From Raillietiella orientalis (taxonomy: Eukaryota): a stretch of 64,000 nucleotides of DNA. Position 1 is the first letter of the stretch; each line of letters starts with the position of its first letter. The stretch covers positions 1,736,001-1,800,000 of the forward strand of contig JAYWIR010000020.1 of NCBI GenBank assembly GCA_036172245.1, in the 5' to 3' direction. Position numbers and translations under genes: made by a program. The notes below the pieces were generated by a model. It was given only the letters and a program-made list of their open reading frames with translations. It was not told the DNA's origin and did no database searches. Below are positions 36,430-50,300 of this stretch, in pieces.

Positions 36430-39400
36430 GCCCCTCGAAAAACTTGTGGCTTCTCTTTTGTATTTGAAAATTTCTGTGTTTCCTTTTTGTCGGGAGCAGG
36501 ACGCGCTACTGCTGTTCGTTCCATTGCAATCAGCGCGCCGACTTCGTTTCTGGGGGATTTGCCTTCTGGAACTGTGGAAGGTGCGGAGCAGTGGAGTCGC
36601 TCCCGCCCGCGACCTGCTCTTCGACTGCGGTGCCCTCCAAGGACTGTGGCGGAGGTGCCTTCAGCGCTCCTGCACCAGGACAACCCCACCGAAGCCATTT
36701 GGCGGTTCTTCGAGAGTTGCGGCCTCTCGCTAGGCGCGGTCATCGCAGCGACCTGCTGCATCCGCGCCATCATCATTACGCACCAACTTTTGGAGTCGCG
36801 AGCAGTCCCAACAGAGGTCACCAGGATTGCAAGCGCCAAGATGACAACGGTTGCTCGGTGGCCTTATCTCAACGAAGAAGTGAGGAAGGACATCGCCGGC
36901 ATTCAACGCCGGTTCTGAAAAGAAGGAACGACCTAAAGCAAAGACCCCTGTCCCCTCCCCCCACCCCATTTCTCTCCAGGAAGAACTTTCCTTGCCGCAG
37001 CGCTGCCCTCTCTGAGGGAACAAATGAGCAGCAGTCATGAGGCTGGATGGGAGGTCTCCGTGGACTTCTCCACAAGGACTAAAGGGACTGAGTGGACAAG
37101 TGCCCAGTTTACGGACGCTGCGACCCCGAGTGCCCCACCTCGTGGACTTTTGCGTACTACTGAGTATTCCGGGAAAAGACTTGCAGTGACCTCCGGTGCT
37201 CTTAAACGGCAGCACCCTCTTCATGAAGTGGCAGGAGTCAGGAGGTTGCTGCTGCTGCACTGGAATCTCCCGTGCCACGCCCGCAGGCAACACTGGACAA
37301 GGGGGGGGGGGGTGAGCTCGAATTGTGCCAGGTTGTGGATTGTGTTGTCCTCCGTCCCCTCTGAAAACGCTTCGACGCGATCCTAGAAAATACCGGTAGT
37401 AACTCCAGGGACGCTTTACGACCCCTCCTCCTACGCGACGCCCTTCGACCGGCAGACTCGCCAGCAGCCCTCTGCTGCCTGCGCGGGATCGTTTCTACAT
37501 GGAGCGATACGCAAGAGGAAGACCGAGCGACAGGGATGTCACACATCCACTTCGCCGTCCGCTTCATGAGAATGGCAACAAGATGGCCCACCTGAAGAAC
37601 AGCATGCAGAAAGAGCTTGCCAGCATCCTCCAAAGGGTGCAGAGGATTTCCCCCAGCTGAACGTCAATGATAGTCCTCTCCCAGGCAGAAGAACAAGAAG
37701 GGAAGAGATCAAAAATATCCCTCTCTCCATTACCTCCTTTCCATCCCCCTCCAGGAGCATCAAAATCGTTCCCTGGAATGCGGACGCAATGTCGGAACAG
37801 GAGAAGAGCAAGCGAATTACCCAGACCACCCAGCGTCCCAGACGATGTCTTGCGTCTACAGAATACCCACGAGACGGAGGCAAGGCATCTGCCTGGCACT
37901 CGAAAGACGACTGGACGCCCAGCTGTTGCTGAGCGCCGGCGGCACGGAGACGGAGGGGGGTGACGATCCTCGTGAAGAATGAGATCGTCCACATCATCTT
38001 GGAGTTCCTTCTTTCCGTGGCCCGACTGCATTGTCGGAGTTCGGATGTCATGGTCCGGAAATGTGCTCCCGTTCCTGTTGAACGTGTACGGATCCACACC
38101 GTGGGAAACACCGGTGCAAGGGGAATGCCTGCAGGCACTTCTGCGCAGCAAAGCTGCACCGAAGGAGGTCATCGTGGGAGACTTCAACATTCTGGAGAAC
38201 ATTACTCAGACAAGAAATGTTCGAGGGAGGAAGGCGTACCAGCAGCTGTGCGACCAGTTCGGACTGCAGTGACTAACAGTCAGCCGCAAGCCAATCGACC
38301 GCGTCCTCTACAGCATAATGATCGGGAACCGCATCCAGGGGTTCCAGTACACGCAGGCTCTGCTCTCGGACCATCCACTGGTACAGTTTACTTTGAAGAC
38401 GGAGAGTCTCTGGAAGAAGGATTCGAACACGAGGGCAGAGCTCACTGGCATGCCTGCCTGGTTCCAGACGCTTCTCCACCACCAGCTGCCCGTCGAAACG
38501 ATCCTGCGGAATACCACCATCCGCAGAGTCAGCGACTGGGACAGATTGGAGCACGCCGTCCACCTGTTCTGCAGCATGCAGTACGGTGGCTGAAAGATGA
38601 GTCAGGAAGCATACCGCGAGCAGAGCATCAAAGATCACTCCCTCTTGGAGCACTGGGACCAGCATGAGAGACGATACGTCTTCAGCAACATCAAGGGGGG
38701 GAGTTGGAGTTCTGGAGAAGGAAAACCGATGTCATCTGCATCCAGTACCAAGATAAATTAAGGCAAACTCTGGAAGGCATCGTAGAGGCGTTCGAGCAGC
38801 ACTACACATCCCACCCCGGGCTCATCTGCGCTCAAGAGAAATGAAAGACAAAACTGCGCCCCCATTTGCATCAAAATGTCAGCAAGGTCGGAGAAAGCTC
38901 GACTCGGAGAAAAAATGCTCATGGAAGAAATCAAGAGCACACTCGCGGGATTCTGCAAGGACGTAGCGGAAGGTCCTGATAGCGTGCCCAGCTCCAACTA
39001 TCAGCGGTGCTTGCACATCTGCCTGCGTCCCTTTCGCGAGCTGACGCTCTACATTCCTTGAGAGGGGGATGAGGATGAGGAGGCGACCTTACGAAGGTCA
39101 CCTAGTAACGGCCAATCGCCATCCTCAACTCGGACAACAAATGGTTGGCGAAGACCTGGGCTAACTCCTGAACGAGGTCATGTCAACGGTCGTCTTTCCG
39201 ATTCAGACGTGCGCTGTGCCCGACCACCGCATGTCTGATAGCGTGAAGTGCTCCCAGGTCACAGTCGGTCACAGCCTTTACATTGGCTGTGCTTCACAGA
39301 AATAAAGAAAACACCGTGGACCACGGGATGCAGCTGATTCTGCGGAAACTAGACTTCCCTGGATACTTAGCGAGTACACAGAGAAAACCCTCGATGAGCA

Positions 39401-40665
39401 ATACTTCAAGATCCGTATCAACGGTAGGAAGACGAATGCAATCCGATGGAGTGGGGAGTGCGGCAAGGCGGCGCCCTCGGTCCCATGCTGTTGGCCATCC
39501 ACATGGAGGCTCTGTCGTCGCTGGTAGAAAAAGACGGCCACCACCGAGGAATCCAAATTGACGACGGCAGACTCACCCACCTTACCTACGCGAATCATCT
39601 TCTGTTAGCCTTAAAAGGCGAGAAGGATCAGCATGCGTTCTTGGGTGTGCTGGAGTCGATGGAGAAAGGCATGGATCCAAGATCAACGCTCAGAAGTCCC
39701 ATCTCTTGCTCATTGGAATTCTAGACTCCTCCACAATAACAGAGCAAGGATTTTGGGTGGTTGATTAAGTGAAGTACCACCTAGGAATCCATATCAGCAA
39801 AGCCTCAGCATCGCACACTCTGTGGAGAAAAATTTTAGGAAAGACCAAGCAGTAGGCTGCGAAGTATGGCGGTGACAATGAAAATCTTGAAAAGTCTTCT
39901 ATATACCGGAAGGCAACAGACTGATGCCCTCGCCAGCGCTGCCCAGCAGCTACGAATGTCACGATGTGAGTCTGCGTGCGGTTAGAGAAACCGTATGGAG
40001 CAGCGCTTTGCCACCAGACACTCAGGATGACCCCTGGTGTTCTACGATGGTGTGGCATCCTGAGCGGTCCCAGAATCGCACGTTGGACAGGTGACAACCA
40101 AGATGAGCTCTGCAAAGCATGTGGAAACAGGGAAAACCAGCTCCACGTGCCTATCTGCCCGAGGCTGCGTCAGGATTGGACAACGCTGAAGGCCGGTGAC
40201 CGATCTGCAGACGCAGACCAACCTGGCGATCTTGGCAGGAATGCTTGAAAGGGACGCCTACGTCCCCCGATACAATTCCTTAGTTCGCACCACCATTTCC
40301 CTCTTCATCTAGAGCATCGTGATAAGAACAAAGATGACAAACACCAAGCACCAGCTATCAACATTAAGGAGTAATTAGGAGAAATAAGCATCCGGAACTG
40401 CGGCAGGATACCTGCCTGGATGTACCGCTACATCCTGAGGAAGGTGGCGTACGCTGCCCAAGCGAGGGAACTGTCCTGCAGCCCCCAGTGACCCTATCCA
40501 AAGAAAAACCTCGGTAGTGACACTACCTGTAGAAAACACTGGAAAAAAAAGGTGCGTGTGATTAGAAAGATGAAGCTGACAGAATGAGTGTGACTTAGAG
40601 AGATTGATATAACTATAAAGTTGTTGTTTTATTAAATTCATTCCTCCGCTGGTCAGACTGGGGGC
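36430..40665 (+). mobile_element. Near full-length degenerate copy of the 1-3300 L1/Tx1-like family (ORF1 plus ORF2, with an internal deletion near 39.9 kb)
   Basis: ORF1 remnant at 36480-37730. ORF2: IKIVPWNA..DVLRLQNTH, LNVYGS, VGDFN, SDHP, GPDSVP, GVRQGGALGP, LTHLTYAN, CKACGNRENQLH, GRIPAWMYRYILR. Related 3' motif at 40631-40664. Confidence 0.9.
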
Positions 40666-40837
40666 AAGGTGCTTTCAGATTTCCTGTAATTACCGCATTG
40701 GGCGCTTTTACATCTAGGGTCTTACCTGTTCTACCAAGCAAATAAAATTGGTGAGATCGGATATTATTAATATATCCATATTCTTGAGGATTAAAAAAAT
40801 TCCAAACTACAGAGTGAAATGAACTGGGAATTTATTT

Positions 40838-43800
40838 TCAAAGTATGCATTGAAGAGCAAACTTTTGCTCAATAACTTGACATAACATAAAAGGATGACT
40901 ACAATTAGAACTGTTCATTAATTTCAATTGCTCATCATTTCGCATTTTTGCTATTTCTAATTTACCAAAATCCCAATAAAATTCGGCTCCCCAGTAAAGA
41001 ATTTCGATGTAAGGTGGGAGCATACCTTTGCTCAAATCTGAGTATTTCCTAAAATACCGATCTCCGAGTTTGAAGGATTCTAATGCATCAGTGTTATAGC
41101 GTAATTGATGATAGGTTCTGCCATATAAGCAGTATGCTGACAAGTACAAAACATGGAATCCATAAGAAGAGCACATATCACAAACACAAAAATCACTGTG
41201 TGTAAAATGTTCTGGTAAGGATAATTGGGGCTGCCTTAAAATAGATGCAGTTGGACTCTTTGGATCTGGGGAGTCCTGGAAAATGTTCAGTTTTTTGGGT
41301 CTAACTTTTGTAGAAGCATTTGATGCAGGTTGCTCTTGAGTGGTCTCATTTGGTAGAATTTTAGATATTTTGCTTTTTCCTACTTTTCTTGCCGTTTTTC
41401 TCTGTGCTTGCGATTGCTTTGAGTTAAAACGTGTCCTTAACCTGTTTATAAGTGGTGTAGCGGATTTCTCGGGACTTCCAGGTACAACATCCTCACACCT
41501 TAATATCTCATTCAGGCAAATTCGTGTTTTACTGCGCAATTTAATTGCACTGGGTTTTAGTGGAGTATTTTCTTTGCAAATAAAAGATTTGTGGAAATCT
41601 GTTTGAACTGGTCCACTAAGAACATGCTGAACACCAGCCATCTTAGTTGCAGAATCCCATGCTTTATCTAATAAAAGATCACAGGAGGCTAACAATAATA
41701 AAACTTGAACAGTACGACAGGAAAGCAAATTAAGTTGTGCAAGTTCAACTTCCTGCTTGAGATAACAACGTGCTTGACGGGGAGCACCAGTTCTGTACAA
41801 CAGCATACCTAGCCACAAAGAACTTTCAAATAAAAGCCACAGAAGATGATAATGCTCCTTCCAATCTGACAGGCAGATTTTGTTTTACATTCCTAAATCT
41901 TGCCTCTTACCTTGGCAACATAATTCACCTTTCAATAAACTGCGTGCAAGTCGATGACTCTCAACTGCTAAAAATTCAGCACTAGACTGGAAGCGCAGAG
42001 GCTCAGGTAACATAGATTTCGGTAGAGTCATATACTGGCTGGCTAATAAAAGTGCTTCGCATCGTATCAGCCATTTTTTGTGAGCAGTACTGACTGACAA
42101 GCATTCCCATAAAGCTCTTACACCTTTGCTGAACTATGCAACAAATAATTTTCCTTTCAGTCACTTAGCTCACCTGATGAGTTCTATAATAAAACCAAGA
42201 CTTAGCAAGGAGCATCTGTTCTTGATTACTGTTTGTTTCCTCAATAACATTTGATGGAAACAATTTATGAGAAATCATTTTTGACATAGCTATGTAGCGA
42301 ACGATCTTTCAGTCACTTGTAAAGTAAGGTAAAACCAACCTTCTTGCTGAATGTCCCCAGATGCAACTTCGCTAAGTAGCTTCCAGCAACGAAACTCATA
42401 GGATTCCTGAGAAGATCCATGAGCAGCCAAAATCCAAGCCATATGATACAACATCTGAATGCAGAACTCCCATTCAGCACCATGCAGTTCTTTGAGAGAC
42501 AATTCCCACAGCTCCAGCGCCCTGATTAGGAAACCTAACAAATGCTGTTCTTGGTGTAAAGTAAGATGCAAGTAAGAGGGAGTAATGTGGCATTCCTCTT
42601 CCTCTTGACATTCTTCTCCAGGTGAAGGTTCTTTCTTAGTCAATGGAATAAATCGGCATTGTTCCATCTCTTCCTAAACAGCATAAACCCAGTACTCATT
42701 TTCCCCATACATTCTCATTTACTTCAGTGATTCCTTGGAACTGTAATACTTCTGCCATGTAATGCCAAAAAAGAAGAGCTGCTTTCAGATTTGAATCATT
42801 GCCGAGCTACAAGGTACTTGTTAGTACAACAGCATAATGGATGTTACATTACTTGCAATAAGTATTCTTCGCCTTTCTGAACAGAAGTCATGACTTCATT
42901 TTCTTTACTACTTTTATGGTGCCTACAATACTCAAACTGGGCCTTCCACACACATATCCATGCTTTGTCTTTGGCAGAATCCGAGCAACATTGTAATTCT
43001 TCCAAAACATTGTAAATATGAAGAGACAATTGTTCCCTACAAAATCCACTATAACATGTTGAAAAAGAATAAAAATGCTCACGGATGCTCCAAATAAAGG
43101 TGTAATTCTTTTTTTTTAATGTATATTTCTGGATGCCAGGTTTTCCCTGCTTCTCCTGATGCAAGCATTTGGTTCCACAGCATAGTAACAGTCAACACCT
43201 TTACAAAAGTTTACCACCCCTATTCTCAATCTCACTCATTAATACAGTACTTGTTCACCTCCAGCGGTTTTAAGCTGTTGCATCTTCACTTTGAGCCATT
43301 CTTCTAAAATACTGCAACAATCTGCCTGATGATAAGCTAAACACAACAGACAGCATTGTAAGGCCTTCTTCCACTCTTGAAGTTTTCGGTATATTCTAAT
43401 CAGGGGTCGAAATCTCTTCCATATATCCTGCTATTTACACCAATATTAAATTGCACTCAAGTTCTTTGCTTTCCTACTTTATTCCCACAAACTGATGATA
43501 GTAACTGCCAATTACTTAAAGCAGTGGACATGAGAAAGGCAGCTTCTTGATAGCAGGTTTGATTCATGAGGATACCTGCCAAATTGAATAACCATGCATC
43601 TGTATAAATACATTGCCGTCTGAATTATTGGAATCTTGTTGTGTATTCACCCAGATGAGAACGGCTTGTGTTGCATTCCTGACAAACTTCCTCTTTTGCT
43701 TCTTGTATTTTGGAAAACAAAAAATTCACTGCATTTTTCATCATAACAAGCAAAACTTTTTGGTGGACATCAGGTAACTTGTAATAAGTAGTACTGGCCA

Positions 43801-45272
43801 GATTGAGCAACAAATCTGCATAACAACAACCACAGAAACAATTATTTTTTCTAATTGAAGAACAATGTTCATTGCAATCCAAAAATTGCACATAACTCCA
43901 CAGTAACTCACACAAGCATATGACTGTGTCAGCCGAATTCTACAAAAACAGAAAGCAGAAATACGTCAATTTGTTTGGAATTTTCAAGAAATATCACTTA
44001 CCGCTTCGAAAGATACTTTTATTTTCGCTGTTTCTTGAAAGCAACTAATTTTTATAATCTTTTCTATGATCACACCAACAGTATCGATTAGATCATCAGT
44101 AGCAGCTACTTTCAAGTCTTTTTTTAGTTGAACAACTTTGTTGTAATCTGTCTGCATCCGAAATTTCCCATTTTTCGCATCTTGTACAGAAGAAATCAAG
44201 TTCATGAATACACAAATGGCATCTCGCCAAATCTTGGAAACATCAGCTTCTACTTCAGAAATGCAGTGTAGAACATACTGCAAAGCTTGATATATGTTTT
44301 GCAATGAATACACATAAACGTTCTGGAGAATGCATTCAAGATGGAAGTGCATAACCATATTGAAAATTGAAATATCTTTCTCAGTGAATAATGAATGACC
44401 AAGGTGGACTACCATTCTGTTGTGCAACAATGTTGTCAACTTTTTGTAGAAACCAAGAGAGTCTTCTTTCATTGTTTCGTAATTTTTGAGCAATGCACTA
44501 TAAATTTTGGATCCTTTTGTGCAACATTCCATAAATCCACTGATATCTTTTCTACTCAAAATGCTAAGAGTATAAAATGCCATGTTTTCTACAATTTCTG
44601 CTAATTCAATGCTTGTTTCCTTTTTGATTACAACGCATAGTTTATTCCATAATAAATAATAAATGGATCGAAGAATGTCTTTATCGTTATTAGTCAAGTT
44701 ATGATTGTTACAGTCTTCTATGATATCATGGATAGTTGCACATATCTTGCATGCCAAATGAAAATAGTCCTGAAAATCAGTTATCACGAAAACGAAAATG
44801 AGATATTTTATCAAAATAAATGAAATATTCATATTCACTGAAAACATAACATACTTCTTTAAATAATATTTCATTCAAGCAAATGTTGATAACACTGCTT
44901 ACTGTTTCCAAGCACAGTTTCAGCTGAGCATGCAAAACATTTAACATTAGAGTCCTCCATGACAATTTCTTGCTACCATTAGTTTTTAACCAGTGATAAA
45001 CCTTATTAGTTATTTTTTCAATCTGAATCAAACACTCTTCTGTTATGGGCTTTGTTTCAATAAACTCCAAACACATCTTCACAATCCCTGTAATTTCATT
45101 CATTGATGCATCTTTGGATAGAACAACGGACTGAAATATTTTTGAAATGTTGAATTAACAAAATCTTTCGTTGAACTAGCCTGGAACTGAGTACTACCTC
45201 TATGTGTCTATCCAACTGCACTAAGAGGCCATAATCTGCAATTGAAGTATCCTCTTTAATGATGAATTCCAT
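40838..45272 (-). CDS. ESPL1: Separase (ESPL1)-like N-terminal helical region only; multi-exon, roughly 1200 aa; no C50 protease domain seen
   Basis: Spliced exons with short GT-AG introns from MEFIIKED (45272, inferred start) to a ~1030-nt terminal exon (40838-41867). That exon carries GAPRQARCYLKQEVELAQLNLLSCR...LLLLASCDL and LPEHFTHSDFCVCDMC, matching the separase middle region. TGA is followed at once by AATAAA. Confidence 0.72.
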
Positions 45273-47595
45273 TTTGTCATCAGAAACAAATACACTGGAA
45301 TTAGTACGCAAGCAATTCTAATTGCGGTTGATCTACGATCGAAAACTAATTTTGTAAAAATGGAAGATCAAGTACCTTAACAAATGTTTGCGAAAGTGAA
45401 ACAGCACGACTTTCTAGAATAACTTCATGATGAATCCTAAAAATTTTAACTGGTTCCCAAATTTGTGTGAACTTTGCATCAGTAAGCAATTAATTCATTT
45501 ACATAATAAGCCATCTACCAACACACATATACTTGAACACATGGGTTCTCAATTGAGACATTAATTTCAAATTCATATAAATCCCACCATTTCATGACTA
45601 CCAAGTTATGAGCAGTAACTTTATTCGTTCATTAGCTTTATTGAGTAGTTATCGTTTAACTATCATTACAGAAATTCAAGAACACATAATTTAAAAAATC
45701 ACTTTCTTTTCTTAGGAAAAAATTCACTGAAGATTTTAAATGGCTAAATCCTAATCTGGATTAACGATAAGTCATTAAGAACGCGTCCATCGCGAATTAT
45801 CATGATTTAAATCCTGTTTATAGAGTTCAGTAGAATTTCATCTTTGAATGAGTCAAAAATACAAAGCGGTTGACAAAGAAGGAATCTGTCTATAACAAGA
45901 GCTTCAGGAAATATTTCTTTTTTCCAGTTAAGGAGCAGTTACTCGAATCCATATACATTTTGGTTAATATCTGTAATTGTATAGTTAACGCATAAATCAC
46001 TTTGCTTAATGAGATTTTCTGATAACAAAGAACTAAGATGTTTTTAAGTCTGTCTATTAGTATTTGTTGATTGCATTTACTGTAATTTAGTCTATCTATT
46101 AGTCCCTCACAATATTTGGCAGCTAAAAAAATCATGTCGAAAGTTTATATGGAGATGGAACGGGAAGAATCTCCACTCTTACGAGTTTAAGAAATTGGCT
46201 TAATAAACTACAAAATTAATGCCAATGATACCTAAAGAAGCTCGAGTTGAAAGATAGTTTAAATGTGAAAGCTCCACTTCCAGTTTAAAGCTTAAATCTA
46301 ATGTATTTGAATTAAACAAAAGTTCCCTCGCGAATAGTAATCTGTAATAATCCTTTTTCCTCCTGGAGGTGATACATAATTGGCGTTGACTCCAGTTTGC
46401 TCCCAGCCAAAGCAAATTGTTTTAAATGTCTTCAATGGCTTGACTTTCAAATTGTACTTGCCTCAAAGTATCTCCTGGTATATGGTTTTTTATTTCTATA
46501 ATGATGTGTCAACTTTTCTTCTCCTTTTTTTTGACGACGAGGATATTCAATCAAAATATGAACTATATTCTTAGAGTATCGTGTTGATTTCGAGTTTCGT
46601 TTGGGACTGCATTATCATGTCAGCCACCTGAAATATGAACCAATTCTTTCTTTAAGATGGACACATATTGAAGTCTATAATTTCAAAATATGACTGTTTT
46701 TACTCTTTCTATATCACGTTTTTTTGAATTTTTATGAAAGTCATAACGAAATTTGTCATCAGAGGCCTTTTTTCCTCCTCCCCTTCCAATCACAAGGAAT
46801 TATCACTACATTTGGAAATGATCACTATCAGGAAATATCAAGTCACATAATAAAATAGTAATACAGTAGAAATTGGGGTGAACTGCAGATGATATGAAAG
46901 TGAATAAATATAATTCATGGATAGTGACATAGACATACGACAGTCTGGAACAGAATCATAAGGGTTATTTTAAGATAGCTAGTTTTTCTTCAGAGAACAT
47001 GTTTCCGAAACTATTCGTTGATTCTTGCACAAGTTTATTATCGATTGTAAAATTTCTTTTCTCCAAAATAAGTTTTGTGAAGTAGCGAGATCATTTGAAC
47101 TGTCTGATTACTCAGTCGGAGGTCCAACTTTAAGCATATTAAGCTATGGTGGTTTTATGGGACACACATAGTTTGCATGCTTTATGTGTTTTTGATGCGT
47201 TCTGTTTTTGAGCAGAGCAAAAACGGAAAACTTATTCGAATCGATGCAAACACCGTAGGTGCTCGCAGCTGAAGGGAAATCAAAAAAGGAAGGAAGGAAT
47301 CTGTTCCATTTTTGCCGTAAGCAGGTGGTCCTCGGGAACGCGGACCTGCAGAGCGTTCGTGCGCAGCATGAAACCTGCAGCGCAGCGTTGAGGGAATTCG
47401 TACGACCGTTGATGGAGGCTCCCAGGTGCAGTAGAGGTTTCATTCGCCGGCATTTTTTCCCCCCCCCCTAGAAAAAAGCACATTATTTGGAATCACTGAA
47501 ATTGATTTTCGTTTTAGTCAGAAGCTAGTCACGTGTTTAGCTTCATGATTAGAAATTACGAGCATAGGATGGTAAACATTGCGTTATGAGTAACC

Positions 47596-48743
47596 ATGTC
47601 AAGTGATATAAATTTAAAATCGTTTGTTTCTGAAAATGAACTGGAAGAACGACGAAAGAAGCGCCAGATGGAATGGGATAAAGTTCGTAAACCGGACGAT
47701 CCCAAAGGTTAAGTGTACCTTTATCCAAATAGCTGTTATCTGGCATTCTGACTATGATTCCAGAGGCTCCTGAAGAACCATATGATCATCGTTCTTTGTA
47801 TGAACGACTTCAGGAACAAAAAGAGAAAAAGGAAGCAGAATGGGAAGAAACGCATCGATTGAGTAAGTTCATGTGTATTTTTATGCCACAGTTTTAAATA
47901 GCCAATGGTTCCCCTTTAAACTGTACTTAACATAAATGTTCATAATTTATTTTTATTTTTTTTTTCTTAATAAACTTGAAGCACAATGCTTCAACTCTAT
48001 CTGAAGGAGTTTGACCCCAGAGAGGTTTAAGAATGGTTTCCTGCAAGTTTTTTAACTTTATTTTAAAAAAATGTAAATCAAGAAGCAAAAAGTATTCAGG
48101 GAGATAAATATAATCAGGGTTTCAAATATTCCATGAAAAACTTAAAACTTTTGTGGTGTTGCCCTAACATTCAGAGAATATGGTGCGAGGACTGGATGAC
48201 GATGAGGTTGGATTCCTTGATCTGGTGGACAAAACAAAGGCTGAATTAGAGTACAAGAAAGAACTAGAAGAAAGAAAAGCTTTGTCTGAATATCGGCAAG
48301 CAGTTGCAGAACTGCAGGAACAGGCTGCAGATGATAAGCTCCGTATTGACTTAAGCAAATCCACTACCAAACAATCAAGTAAAGAAACCGTACAGAAACA
48401 GTTACTTAAGAATGCTGTGAAAAGAAAATGTAGAGAAGGGAGTGATTGTGAGCCAAAGCAGAGTTTAGAAGGTTAGTTCTTTTCATGATTTCTGTATTGG
48501 GTCTGTGTAAATTTTTTAGCAGTCAAAGAACAAAAAATTCCTGTTGTAACCCAACTGATTATGCCTTCTGCTTTGATTTACTGTGGAATGCTCCCTGGTT
48601 TGAATGCATATTCAGACTCTTCCTCAATTGATAGTAGCCATTCTTCTTCTTCTGATAGTGATGATGGATTTAGAAATGAAGACTCACATAAGCCTATGCC
48701 TGAAAATAGAACAAAAGAGATCAAACAAGTGAATCAAGAGTAG
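47596..48743 (+). CDS. PSME3IP1: FAM192A / PSME3IP1 (NIP30), exons 47596-47707, 47764-47862, 48175-48471, 48520(or 48523)-48743
   Basis: [66 protein letters not shown]-terminal [13 protein letters not shown] acidic/Ser tract. Introns are phase-compatible. Confidence 0.95.
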
Positions 48744-49299
48744 CCATTTTTTTTTTTTTTTTTTTTTTCTTCATTGTTTTTTCTAAAATGCATTATTTTT
48801 CTGGTATTTCTTAGTGCATTCATTCTTCATTTGTATTTGATTTTGCAACTCCTAGCAAAATGGTCTTAAAGTAATGCAACACTTATGTATCATGTATCTG
48901 TAATACATTTTTCAGCTACAGCTCTGTTCATACATATATTATATTGAAACCCTGGTTGCTTTTGATGAAATATACTCGCAGATTTTCGTTGTTTGTGATG
49001 ATTCTTGTACATGAATAATGACTTATGTTTAAAGTAAAGTCACAAACGGTATTTCTAAATCTCCATATGAAAGGAACACAGCTAAGATCATACTTTTATG
49101 TAGCTTCACGAAATTTACCAGTTTGCAGTTCCTGAAATTTTTATTGATGGAAATAGCAGTTTTGCTGCAAGCAAGTGTGTACTTGCATCTAGATTTGGCC
49201 AAATACCCCCAGAAAAACCCGGTGTGTAATACTTCACAGGGGTAAAAATTCACAGGGGTTTCTAGTACAAAATCACCTTTCCCGAATTTTCTCTATCCA

Positions 49300-50300
49300 T
49301 GATCGTTTCGCGAATGCAAGGAATCGAAAGCATTTCAGATGTTTGGGATAGTGGATCCAGAAGGCATCTGCATGTGATTTTGGAACTGCTACCTCCTGCG
49401 TATGAAACATTCTAAAAGGTGCACGCTCTCTAAATCTTAGTGTGGTTTTGTTTCGAGCATCCTTTGAAGCATCTTTTCGGTACTTTGTCAGGACAGTGAA
49501 ATTCCAACCATTCGCTAATTAGGAGACATTGGCTCGGCATGTTGGAGTTCAGACGCAATTTGGGAGACCAAACGTTCGTGGTCCTCATTCTTAAGATTCT
49601 TGAGTGTTTATAGACATACATTCTAAGAACTGATCTCGGTCGGTCACATTCCTTGGGATTTCAAAATTTTCCCAGTATGCCATTTGTCGCTGAATTTAAG
49701 ACGTTCTGTAGATCAAAGAGAGGCATTTTGTCCATCACCGGTATCGGGAGTGACATGTGTAAAGATCATTCTTCCATCACACTTCCGAACGATCCTCCGC
49801 CAATCTGCAAGGCTTGGAGTCAAACTGTCTGCTGGACGCCGGAACTCGTTCGGCCGAGGTTTTCTTTGGGACCTCTCCAAAAGTGATCTCTTTCACATCA
49901 AGGAGTCTGGGTCACGTGAGGAAGCGAACTTTCGGCAGTGTTTCCATTCAATCTGAGGGACTCCTGGCCTCCTGAAAGTCACAAGAATAAGCTTCCAGCT
50001 TTATCGTGAGTTTTGGATCCATTTTCTTAGATAGCACAGTCCCCCGTATCAGAACACTCGAGTGTTTTTCGTCTCTAGACGCACGGTAATCAGCATAATT
50101 TGGCAGTCTCCGCCAGGCGTTTGTTCCTTAACCCATAAACTCATTTTTGGTTCCGTAAAAATCCATCCGCGATTTTTGTTTTTTCAATTTTTGATCCTGA
50201 TTTTGTTAAATGCAATTCTTTGAGCAAGCCTGCACCCTGCCCAAGAAGTACAAATTTTGCTAACATGCCTTTTCGGGTCTTCAAACGGAGAGATGTGCAA
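49300..50300 (-). mobile_element. Decayed L1-like ORF2 3' fragment
   Basis: YGGLCYL (~50040, GGLG-like) and KRCFKGCSKQNH...HLLEC (~49410-49480, zf-RVT-like). Heavily disrupted. Confidence 0.4.

Noticed and set aside
37539..38202. 206-aa and 212-aa minus-strand ORFs
   Set aside because: Antisense shadows of the GC-rich LINE ORF1/ORF2 junction.
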